A stretch of 64,000 bases of DNA from Marsupella aquatica (Eukaryota > Plantae > Marchantiophyta): positions 11,121,832 through 11,185,831 of the forward strand of contig OZ316897.1 of assembly GCA_973895155.1 (NCBI GenBank). Reading direction: 5' to 3'. The notes beneath the pieces are model-generated. The model ran no database searches, was not told where the DNA came from, and was given only the letters and a program-made list of their open reading frames with translations. Below, piece by piece: positions 25,701-37,485 of this stretch; position 1 is the first letter of the stretch, and every line of letters begins with the position of its first letter. Made by a program: the position numbers and the translations under genes.

Positions 25701-28309
25701 TAGCTGTTTCTCGAAAATTCGTGGAAATTCGTCGTTTTAGTTCAGGCTTTAGCAATAACGTCATTGCACTCTCTGATTGCGACTCATTTGCTGGAAGGAG
25801 AGGTTTCCTCGGATGGGTTTCTTTGAAAAAGACTGTCATGTAAATTGTTGCACAAACTTGTAGAATCACGGACGCCTTAATAAGGTAACCCAAACCAAAC
25901 ACGGAGTTAGCTTGGAGAGACAACAGTCTTATCTTTGGAGCCAGAACTAATGAAGGTTCAATGTCGGCTTCTATGGTATATTTTGAAAACTTCATTGAAA
26001 ATAAGGGACTAGTGATATTAAAAATGATAGCAGTAATTACTCGCAACACATCGTAAACTGACGGAACATTTTCCACCATACCCATAGGGCTTGATCAACT
26101 GTCTTAAGTGTCATTGAAGCAAGAGTGCCTCCAATAAAACCGACTGAGAGGGAGCCAATAGTTAAACCATTGACTGCCGGTCGATGATTCTCATCAACAA
26201 CATCTGCCTGCCACAATTAGAATCAACAGTTTAATGAGATGAAGAAGCAGAGGAAGGTCCGTAGGCTCGTAGTAACGAGCTTCATATCTAGGCTAAAACT
26301 GGGAAAAATTTAGACCAAAGCTTATCATACAAAGGGCCGAAGAAGATGTATACCACAGCAGCGAGAAGAGTCGCTATGAATCCCCCTTCTCTGAACGTGC
26401 TTGCAATGAGCGCAACAACAAGCCATACATAGACCGCCGCTTTGGTTTTAATGAAAGCCAGTAAAGCTGCCCGTTCAAGCACTCAAAGTCAGCAACAAGA
26501 AAAACCTGATTGAGATATAGTGTCTCGTTGAGTTCACTGTACACAAATCTGAATTCACTCCTGCTTGATTTTGCTATCACAAAATGGGTTACTAGATTTT
26601 CATTGGCTTAGATTTAAATTTAAATTCAGATCATTTTGATTCTTTGAAGGATACAACGGAGCGATTCCCAGCATGCTTTCCAAGAATTACCTCTCGTTAG
26701 TCACTTACAAATTATACTAGCCTTAGTTGTGGCTTACAGTGTTTATGAGCAAATGTCTAATTCTTATCCGTGAAATACATACTTTCTATGAAAAACAGGG
26801 TACCACCTGGTACCAAATAGCAGCAACTATCTCACCTTGCGGAAAGATGGCTGCGACGAAAACTAGTAAGAGAATTGGCTTCCGTCCATAAGAGTCCGAG
26901 AGCCCTCCTAGAATAGGTGCCAGCACCACTGCACCTATTCCAACACCCTGCATGCAAGGGACCCATACATAAGACACAGATCTCAACTTGTTATTAGCCC
27001 ATATCATCGAAAGCATGGTTGTTCTTTCAAAGAAGATGAAGACGAAATGTGCTACGCTTAATTAATAATAAATGTAACCTTCTCCTTCCAGGTAGCTGAT
27101 CGGACTTTATTAACGGCTTCCTTGCTATTCATAAGGTTCTGTGACGAGGCATTTCGTATGTTGATCCTTAGACTTCTAAAGTGACACTAATGGCTTACAA
27201 TAAGGAAATGATGGACGAATAAAAGTATCAGCAGAGTATGATCCGGTTCAGAAGAGAGATGGAGTGAAAGGACCAATTCTGTTTGGAACATTCCAGCTAC
27301 GAACGCCTCGCCTCCTGATAGGTGAAATCTAGAGCATCTCACAAGAAGAAAAGAATGAATGATGAATATTTTTGATGTTGTCTACGGCAAGCCAAGTTGG
27401 CTCTGAGATAAACGATGCATTAAGACTTTCTGAATTGAGAGTCACAAATCGGATAAAGTAGAGGAGACTGATTATGAGAGAGCAGATCACAAACCGTCTA
27501 CCATAGGAATGAAGCAATTAATTCCGAATGTGACAGACTCTGATGACTGATTGCGATAATTACTTTCTGGTCAGGGGTAGTAATCAGAGATTTAACAAGT
27601 CGTAAACGGGGCATCCAAGCAATCACACATCACAACTAGCTTCTAGGGTAGTACTGTTCATTATCACAACTTAGCCAGCTAGTGGCGTTCCTTTCTCAGC
27701 TCACTTACATAATGAGAAGAAACAATGTGTATTTGGAAAATGATGGATGAAGAGGTCATATTATCAGATCTTCGTTCAGAAAATCTAGTACAAAGTAGTT
27801 CAGGGAGGAAACCTGACCGAGAGAATGAATGAATGATTTGATTTTCAGTTCATTCGGACCCAAATGGCCTATGAGACCAACGGTTTATGGTCGTGACTCG
27901 CGACCTCTTAAGTCCAAAGCAAAGTTTCGATTCCCAGAAGGTGGGCACTGAATTATGTCAAGAGACCACTGTTGCTTCAAATTAAACGCTATGCGGTGGA
28001 AGTGAAACAGAGGAAGATTCCGAGAAGGTGGGCACTGAATTATGTTACGAGACCAGAGTCGCTTCAATTTAAACGTCATGCGGTGGAAGTGAAACGGAGG
28101 AAGAAAAGAAGGAGACGTACCAGCTGCAGCGCACCAATCACGTACAGTACTTCACTGCATTCATTCACGCCCGGGCAAAGGCTCGTGAGCAAGAGGCTGG
28201 GTAAAAACGGCTGCAAGATGAGAAGAGCGGTGTAGCACCAACAGGAACTCACAATCAGATGTATTACTGGCCGAACGGCTTTCATGAAAGATGATTTCTT
28301 TGTCTCCAT
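22750..28309 (-). CDS. Major facilitator superfamily transporter (TetA-like/HIAT1-MFSD14-like), tandem paralog B
   Basis: 13 exons: 28309-28121, 26947-26836, 26466-26354, 26207-26082, 25875-25685, 25570-25495, 25281-25195, 24993-24913, 24498-24412, 24090-24049, 23855-23777, 23452-23382, 22878-22750. Same intron phases as paralog A; GGLSDSYGRKPILL and EQQGKVQG motifs. Confidence 0.9.
27929..28103. repeat. 87-bp tandem duplication in intron 1 of MFS paralog B
   Basis: gattcc.agaaggtgggcactgaattatgt...atgcggtggaagtgaaac.gaggaaga starts at 27929 and 28016. The matching intron of paralog A has a single copy (~19083-19170). Confidence 0.9.
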
Positions 28310-30760
28310 CCTGCTAGCTCACGGCCGGACTCAATAGTTACCTCCCTGAATCACTCTGATCCCAACTTCAAAGCAGGATGAAGATTCTGTGTCGGTCAAT
28401 AGATTTTCCAGGATATGATGACAAGCTTGCATTGGGTTTCTGCCAGTCTGTAAGTACTAAGCCGTTTCCAGGCAAGCCCTGCTCATCGATCATCCACCCA
28501 TATGTCGTCTGGTCAGAACACTCAAGCCAACATTGCAGCAACGTTATTCTTCTGTGATATAGTAAGAGCTTTTCCAGCGGCACCGTCCTGGGTTTGATGC
28601 TACTTTCTGGGTCCTGGTAACAAGCAATGAATCCCAAAGGCACCTGCGAACCTCGATCTCTGTGTCAATCTCAGCTGACAAATTGCAACCGTGCAGGTTG
28701 GCTCTGAATAGGCACTGACTCATTGGCAGAGAATTTCTTTAATTCTACGCCCAGCTTTGAACTCATTAGACGCATCCTCCTCTTCTTAATAATCAGCAAG
28801 AGAGGAGCAAGCCGAGGAGCAAGTGAGTCAATGAAGTAAGTTTGATTTTTCTTTTGATATAAATTCTTTCCTCCTAAGTGGGAGCAAATCAGCTCCAATT
28901 CAGTAACAATTAAACTCGATTCCTCTCGAGCTCTTTCACTACCCCAAATTTTCTCAATGATCTTGAGATATCAACATTCAACGAACGATGTCCAGATATA
29001 TAACAAGGAAGATGACGAATCATGGACACCCAGGCAGAGACTACAATGTCAAATTGAGTGAGTATGCTTTCAAGTGACAGCGAACGAGCTGTTGCACTAG
29101 CGCATCGAGCCAGTCAAGCATTCGATCTTCAAACTATTTCAAAGCTACACAATTACCTGAACTTTGAAATTCCAATTATAAGTTCCAACTATCGACTCAG
29201 ACACTGCAATTCAGGATTCAACTATTCATCATGAGACTTCATCATAATAATATGCTCCGTCAGCGGCTGAATTGAACAGGACAGGTAGATTCTAAAATTT
29301 ATTATCATACTTAGGAATCTTACGGTGGGCTGCAGGAATTGAGGCACTTGTCACTGTTTAACGAGAGCAAACGCTAGGGCCCCTTGTTGTTCTAAAGATA
29401 AGACACCCACTTGTCACTTTTTCACCACAGCAAACTTGAGGCCCCTTATAGTTCTAAAGATAGGGTCTAAACCACATAACGATAGAATTAATGAAGTCAA
29501 ACAAATGCTTATTGGATGGACCACAGGCAAAGTTTGGAGATGCTTGGACCAATGGGGCAGGCCATCTAAAATTCTGGATAAAGCATGCATCCGGGAATAT
29601 CATTCTCTTGGGACCACTACAGAACTTGCCCACGTAAGATAGGTGCTCACCATACCTGAAATGGGGCGCCCAATTTCTTTCTTGTAAAGCCACCTCTCCT
29701 AGACGTGCCTCCATTTATTAGATGGTCCAGATTAAATCTTAGAGGGAAAAAAGAAGCAAATGGGCTCTCAGAATCTTGTAAACGAAGCCACCCTTAGATC
29801 CTAGTCCTAACATTATTCATGCCATGAATATTTTTATAGTAGATTACTGTATATTAAAATCATCCGCCAAATGAAGAAGTCTAGTCCGTTGATCAATCAT
29901 GCATGCAGCGCACCAACGCGTTGGCAACTTTTGGCGACCCCTTTTGATGCGCTTTCTTTTAATAGGTACGAATGAAATAACACATATTACGTGGAGCACT
30001 CAATTTGACGTCTCAAGGGGAAAGCTTTAAATATCGTTCAGGATTCTTTTGGCCGTTTTTCCAAATTTCAAGGGGGGCATGCAAAAATGATTTATATTCG
30101 TTTTCCCACTTCCAACAGGACTTTCAGAAAGTTAGTTTGTCTTCTAGTGAACAAAATTAAGAACTCTTAAATTAGGAAAACCAGAGAAATTTATCCATTC
30201 ATTCAGACACACACAACTACATTAGTTTATAGTGTTCTCAGTGTCATGACCACCAAGCTCTGAACTTCTGAAACTATCAATTATTAAAAGGTTTATGTTG
30301 AACAATTGATATCAAGCATAAGGCTGTCAAACGGCTAAAACATTTTTTCAAGATTCCCTTGTGAAAACCATAGCTTATATCAACTATATGGAAGATTCAT
30401 TTGAAAAGAGTCGCTACAAAGACAATTGGATTATCTAGTAAAACTTAAACTAATATTACATACAATAATGTGAAGTGTGAGGAGCGGACAACAATAAAGG
30501 CTTCAAAAGGTTGGTTGGAGAGGTTCACGGGAAGAAACATGGTGTCCAGAAGGCCTGCACATCAAATTGCAAGCTCCTAGAGATCCCCCAAAAGCCTTCA
30601 TCCAAGAGACAGTGCCAAGATCTAATTGCCACTCACAAAATCAAGCTCAAAGAACATCAACAACCTTAACTAGGTTCCAAGGTACATAGCAACCGAGCCA
30701 ATTAAAGTGACCATGTCTACCACATGTGGTCACACAATGCTGATGACTAAAGATGGGACT

Positions 30761-31062
30761 CCCGGTTTAACCTGATGGGCAACTTGACGCCTTGCCGGGC
30801 ACGTAAAACTGTCAAATGACGGCCCCAAAACCGGAAGTTTGACGCATATTCATCGAGATTCTCCCGAACTCCCCCAGACCCTTCCCGAACTCCCCCCGGA
30901 CCCCCCTGGACAATTCCCGGACTCCCCTGGACACTTCCTGGACCTCTGCCAAACTGGCTCCCCCCCCCCCCCGACCCCGGCCCGGACTGCTCCCGAACCC
31001 GGGTGCCAGGTTGTCGTTTTGCCGGAGTTTTCGGCCAGTTTGACGGGCAAGGTCAAACCGGG
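30761..31062. mobile_element. GC-rich MITE-like element with CCCGG termini and 7-8 bp TSD
   Basis: TIR cccggtttaacct / aggtcaaaccggg (1 mismatch). Flanks are atgggact (30753-30760) and atgggacg (31063-31070). Interior has cccgaactcccc/cccggac repeats. Confidence 0.8.
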
Positions 31063-31502
31063 ATGGGACGAGACACAAATAGGTTTCACCATCCCAGTCA
31101 TCCTCAATTCCACATAGTAACACCATTGAACCTGAAGACTCTGTTGGCATCTATATTGGATTCTATATTTTGAGCCCTCAGATTGTTGTCTGGATACAGC
31201 CAACCCGTGTTTTGTAGGTCTGTAACCTGATTTCCAATGATGAATAAGTGGAAAATCTCCACCTCCTGCTCCACCTTCCTTTGAGAACTCCTAGCTTCCG
31301 CTGGTCGATACCTTGAATTACCCTGCATGGAATGAGAAGTATGGTCATGGATTTAAATGTTGTTAAGCGGACTAAGAAAATTCAGTCCAATTTAAAGAGA
31401 CTATCAGCAACAATAGAAATAGGTTTGGAAAGTTAGGTGTGCACCATTCAAAACATTTTTTAACCACCTATGAACTTCAAAAGTGACCTATACCTGAGAT
31501 CA

Positions 31503-31749
31503 CATCTTTGAGATAAGATTGTTAGATCTGGGCAAGATAACAGTGCCCACCCAACTTTGTCAATGCCCACCTAACTTTCTGAGCTTGTTTCTAGGTGTTA
31601 CTAATAGTCTTTGAGTCCACTTACCTTAACAACAGTTACAATCTATGCCCCCCTTCTCCAGTGGGTACTAGCAGATCTGGGCAAGAAATAAGTTTTGTCT
31701 AAAATTGGTGATTCATTGGGCACACTCTAACAATCTCATCTCAAAGATG
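31503..31749. mobile_element. MITE with 24-bp TIR and 4-bp TSD (ATCA)
   Basis: catctttgagataagattgttaga ... tctaacaatctcatctcaaagatg (23/24 complementary), flanked by atca at 31499-31502 and 31750-31753. Internal direct repeat agatctgggcaaga occurs twice. Confidence 0.8.
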
Positions 31750-32589
31750 ATCAAAGAAATAGATTAGATCTTGAAAAAAGGTTTTTGAGGTGAGATTCCT
31801 AGGGTTCGCAAGAAAATTTTGCAAAATAGGGTGGGGGACCTGGGGGGGGCACAAGTAGTTCCCTGGCAAGGAAACAAAATGATTGATTTGAAGCAAAACA
31901 AAAACCATGTAGCTCCTTCTCACAAGCTCCAGGCAACCCTTCCTTTGTCTGGCCTTCTTGGCTCCCCTCCCCAGGCTCCCATGTCTTGCTACATGCCTCT
32001 TCCCCAATAAGCCCTAGGCCCTCCTTCCTCTTTTGCAGGCCCTTCCCCAGTTCTCCAACCTGTTTGCACCCCTTCCCTGACCTATGTATGGCCACCGTCA
32101 CCCGCCCTGCAACTGCCCTCCAATTAAAAACTATAATAAACAATTGCGTCAATTTTTACAGTGGTCGTCATTCAAATTTGCTGGGCACAAAACATAAGAA
32201 ATCTGATAAAAGGAAGGAATAAAGACAGTGTGAATGAAAAAGAGTCATGCCAATGTCCAAGTAGGAGTGAATCAAATGGGATAAGCAAACAAAAAAGGGA
32301 CGTCACTAACACAATGCTCAACGAGTATCCTCCCTCCATGATCCATGATAAGGAATATTGTACATACTCAATGCAATAAGGTGTACATACTCAATAGAGT
32401 GAGATAGTGCATAATTCAGTATAATATTGGTAGGAGTTAAATTTGAGATACTATTTCAGTCAATAGGGGACTACATACACTAATCAAATAAAACATTATT
32501 CTCTCAATATTTAGGGTGATTTTTTACATTCATTTTGTGTCATTTTCACTGCCAAAAAAACAAAAGTTATAAGGTTTCACAATATCTTT

Positions 32590-33178
32590 CACATACCAAC
32601 ATCTTTGGCAAAACGACTTCTTTTTTGTCAACGACAATCTTTTACTTGACAACAACTATTTACTTGACAACAACTATTTACTTGATGACAACTTTTTACT
32701 TGACAACATGTTTGGCAAAATGATTTCTTTTTTCTTAACGACATCTTTTACTTGACAACGTCTTTCACATAACTACATCTTTGGCTAAACAATTTCATTG
32801 TTCTTAACGACGTCTTTTTACTTCATGACATCTTTCACATAACGATATCTTGGGTGACATGACATCTTTTGTGCAACGCACGGTATTGAGCTATTTTGTA
32901 CTTAACAACATTGTTATACTTAATGAAACCTTTGGCATAACACGTTACGACATCATTGGCAACACAACCTCTATTTCTTCCACAACCTCTTGGCCTAGAT
33001 GACATCTTTTGTTCTCAACGACCTCTTGGGCGACATGACATTTTTTGTTCTCAACGATATCTTGGGCGACACAACATCTTTCTTCTCAACAACCTCTTGT
33101 CCAACACAACCTTTTTTGTTCTCAATGACATCTTGGCCGTCATGACATCTTTTGTGCAACGCATGGGTATTGAGCTAG
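32590..33178 (+). mobile_element. Helitron 3' region: acgacatctttt-type minisatellite with two 3' termini
   Basis: Dense ~18-19 bp aacgacatctt(tt/gg) repeats. Terminal gtgcaacgcac-type hairpins: gtgcaacgcacggtattgagctat (32871-32894) and gtgcaacgcatgggtattgagCTAG|T (33154-33179). Confidence 0.75.
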
Positions 33179-33290
33179 TATTACATAGAACTGTCTTTGT
33201 GACTAGTACCCATCCTCTCCTGCTGAACTCCAAAAAAATTCAATTCATTGTAAGTCAACTGGTAACACACATCTCAAGGGTCCCACTTCC

Positions 33291-33594
33291 CTCGGGGGGG
33301 GGGGGTCACTATATGGAGGGCCATACCTCTCGTGCAACGGTTTGGGTCACTTTCTATAAAGTTGTATGACACCAGTCACGTGACGACACATATGCATTTT
33401 GCAATTTTAATTAACAACCCTATATTTTCATTGAAGACTTTCATTAAGTATAACAATGTTGTTAAGTACAAAATAAATATGTTATTTAAATAAGAGGTAT
33501 TGCAAAATAAGTACAGACTTATTTGGTAGAAGACTTATCATTTAAATGGCCCTATACTTCATTGCACATGATATGTCATGTGAGCCCCCCTGAG
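33291..33594. mobile_element. MITE-like element with CTCGG(G)n-TCAC termini and 8-bp TSD
   Basis: Left end ctcg(g)n-tcac, right end gtgagcccccctgag. Flanks are ccacttcc (33283-33290) and ccgcttcc (33595-33602). Confidence 0.7.
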
Positions 33595-36004
33595 CCGCTT
33601 CCACAAAAATGACACATTGAGTTAAACAAAGTATATAATAATTTTATTGGTTCTATTAATGGGAAAATTTAAATTTGTAAAAATATTGTGGAATAACTTT
33701 AGGATAGGTCTTTATGATCAAATTTTCCTTGAAATTTTCAATCAAATTTTGAAACTTGTAAAATAGGATAGGGTTTGCTAAGCAAATTATCGAGGTATAT
33801 GCTTGATGGACCCTTCAGTGGCAGAACTTTCTTACTTGATAGGATCCTACAAAACTTTTCTTACCAAATAAGATCCCTATGATGTCCACTTTTCTGTTAG
33901 AAATTCTTATAGTAGTTCCTACAACTAGTTTTTCTTGATATTGTGACCAACAACTGCTATTGTGACATTTATGGCAAGGTTTATGGCCCAACCTTGGACC
34001 CAAACTACAGTGAAACACTGAATAGTGGCCACTGTTGCCTGAAATGCAATATAACTTAAGAGAAGACAATATGTCTGCTTAATGTCTTGTAGTTTGAATT
34101 TTTATTGTATTCCAGTTTTCATTAGATTCATTTTCATGCAAGCTTCTGCATGGGGTTTTCAAGATGTTTTTGACATTTTTTTGATGTGCGATTGTCAGTG
34201 CATGCTTACCAGAAGGGAGGAGGAGATGTGCGTATGCAATTGCAAAGGGTAGTAGTTGTGGGATTTATTGCACTTGGGAGGAGCGCGGGGGGGGGGGGGG
34301 GAGGAGACACAGGCTCAGGTGACTTGTTTTAGTGGAGCAAATCATAAGTCCTTCAGGTCCCATTTGAAGCTAAGATATGGCTACAGCGTCTATTCAATGC
34401 AATGGGTGCGCAGTGGAGGGCTCCTAATAGAGCCGATAGGCATAGGGTGAATGCCCGGGTAGTAAGTGAGCAAAATACATTCTAAACTAAAATAATAAGA
34501 TTTCAAGAACAATTCACCCAAGCTTATGAAACAAGTTCTGGCCAACATTATGTAAGAACAATTGACTGTTAGGGTGAGGCTTTGAGAATCCTCGAGTGAA
34601 GTCGAGCAAAAGGTAGGTCCTTGTATTCTTGATTTTGTGCTGTTGGTACTGATCCTGTGTCTATGAAGCCTTTGTACAGTTCGTAGAGACCCTTCATGGC
34701 TGCTGTTTTAGCTCAAATTTGTCGGTATAGGGATCCCTGGGCTTAACTCGTAAGTCTATTTACAAGTTGTAGATAATGCAAACACCACTGGCAAGTGTCC
34801 AAGAATTTTCCCTTTTCACATTCTTCTCCTCTACCGGGAGACTTTGTTCCACAATTAACAAAAAAAGGTACTGAAAATGATGAAACCTGGTGGATCCAGG
34901 TTTTGTCATGGACAGTGGCGCTTTAAGTGAAGCCCTAAATATCTACCCTATGCTACAAAGTGCATGAACAATTGAACGAGAAAATCAAGGATGGCATGAA
35001 TGACTACCATATCTTCCTCAATTGCAGCCTTCCAATAGGAATCAGCATAGTGCATAATCAGACCATATGCCCCCTGTTAATGTGGGTTGTGGGTTGACAG
35101 TGCGCCACAAGTGCAAGAGAAAAAGTCCCCACATACAGATTCTGTAGGCATACTCTCCAGAAAGTGCTAGTCTAAACAGGTTCATTTATGTCCTGTTGAA
35201 GCCATGTCCTTTTGAAGCCATCCCCCAGTCTGTCCTATACCTCTTCCCAAATGGGTGGGACCTGCCCCACTTTCGTGCACTTGGTCCCTAGCTGCAAAAC
35301 AACACTCTTTCACTTTACTGATGTTCCAATATGAAATCATAGAAAAATTCCAATTTTGTATTACACCCCCAGAGGAAACTAGTCATCATGGAGACGGGTC
35401 ATGGCTGCAGCTGTTGGATGTCCTCACTTAAAAATGCTGCAATTTTCCCAGACAGGCAAGAACTGGCAAGCAGGTCAACTGCAGCTACCTCTTCATAAAA
35501 TAAAACAGGAAAAAAAAGCGTAACAAGGGTTTGCCAGACAACAATGCCAGATTTTTTGACACGTAGTGCTATATTGCTACTGTAGTTCATACAATAGATG
35601 ACATTATCAATGTTTCAAGAACCTGTGAATATACTTGTCAACTTAATGTTCATTGTTATAATTTAGTGTGATGTGAAGCTAAGCTATTGTTGGAGAAAAC
35701 TTGTACTGTGGAGAGTGTGTAACATTTGGTGGACTTAACCTGCTGAGGCACAACCTTTTCTGTGTAATAACATAGGTTATAGGTTTCTGTTATTACTTAT
35801 ATGTATTATATTTTTGTATAATTAATAACAGAGTGAGTAGTTATGCATTATGATATGTTTGCCTAGACAACGAGCCTTCTTTGCATACATCACCTCATCA
35901 CCTTATAGAGCATTGCCTGGGATCCACCTACTCCATGCAGATTTTCTTGCCTCTACCCTTCACCTTGAATGGATTTCCGCCTCATTTTGTTGTGCTTGCT
36001 GCAA

Positions 36005-36372
36005 TATTTGTCTATCTATGTATCTCTTGTTGTCTTGAAAGGAAATGTAGAGAATCACTAACTTCACTCCACACCCCAATACTAATGACAAACATAGTGG
36101 GCATAGTGATACTTGTCTATTCCTTTATCTCTCTTGTCCTTGAAAGGAAGTGTTGAAGATTGCTTAGTGCACTTGACTCCCCAATAATAGTGACATACAT
36201 GTAGAGCATAGTGACATTTGTGTATTTATTTAATTTTTTTTCTCTTGAAAGGAAATGCAGAAGATCACCAAGTGCTCCACACCCCAATAATAGTGATATA
36301 CATGTAGAACATAGTGATATTCGTGTATTTATTTATCCCATTTGTCCTGTTAGGAAATGTAGAAGATAACCA
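36005..36372. repeat. ~105-bp tandem repeat, ~3.5 diverged copies
   Basis: cttgaaaggaa.tg...ccccaata.ta.tga.a.acat...catagtga recurs at ~36034, 36140 and 36244, with a partial copy near 36347. Confidence 0.85.
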
Positions 36373-37485
36373 GATTATAGGCAATGCCAGCAAGGATCCT
36401 AGAGGGCGGGGATCACAGAAATCAAGAGTGCACGAATGCCCATCACATGGTCCAGTACCAGGGGCAGTTCCCAGACATCTAGGTTTCTTTATTCCTTTAT
36501 CACAAATGAAGCTATGGACTACTGTTCAGCACATAACCAAGTATAAGCACCTTTTGGGATATTATCCAGGATCTTCAGTCAGGGTCCACTAGCCCCATTA
36601 GGGGTTCCTTGAAGGTAAGCAGAGATGAGGAGAAAATAGAACCTTGGAGTAGAACGGATTCCAAGCTATTTCCTTGTCATTTTTGCCCCATCCTTGATTT
36701 TTGTCTGCATCCTCATTTTTTGTGTACACCTTCACTTCCAGTGATGGCCTCAAGTAGAGTCAAAAGTCTACAGGCTTCCCTCGAGACAGTCGACCCAGGG
36801 AATAGCTTGGATTGGTTTTCATTAGTTAGATTACCCAGAAGAAACAATCCCAGCAACAACCCCAGCATTGCCCAAAAAAGGTGGGGCTGCAGAAGGAGCC
36901 GGAGGTCCCTAATGGAGTTCAAGGTGGCAGAACATTTTGTTTTGGCTGTTGGGCCTGAAACCAGAGGAAAGGGGTGTCAAACCAGAGAGCGAGAGGGATT
37001 TCCACCGGGAGGTGGGAAGCTCACATCACCAGGGGACCCAAGTGGTAGAACGATGTCAAAACTGTTTTTTCACCTACTCACGACACGGAAGAAAAGTTCA
37101 AATCTGGGAGCGCTTTTGGTGGAGGATCTGCCGAATTGGGCATGGTGTTTCATTTCCACCATGGGCGGTGGTGTACTAGACAAAGGAGACCGAAAATCCA
37201 TCCAGACGGCAGAGAAATTTCATCTTCTCGATCAGCAAGGCTCTCTGCTGTTGAGTTAGGGAGTCAATTGTGCACATATCGTTCTCTGTTTGCAAATCAA
37301 CAACAATCGTAGCATCAACAGCAGAAGACGAAGAAGAAAACATCAGAAGAAGCAGCAGTACCTGTTCTGAAGATGCTCTCTGGGAATTATCGCTCGCTGA
37401 GCACGAGGGTGAATCTGTGGCAGGGACGAGGGCTACAGGTGCAGCAGACCTGAAGAAAAGAAAACATAAGACATTCGTGGATTGG

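Noticed and set aside
32590-33178. CRISPR-like array
   Set aside because: Degenerate contiguous minisatellite with no unique spacers, no cas genes and a eukaryotic context.
36609-37259. 216-aa ORF upstream of PAT11
   Set aside because: Non-ATG start, no domain similarity I recognise, and it overlaps promoter/repeat-like sequence.
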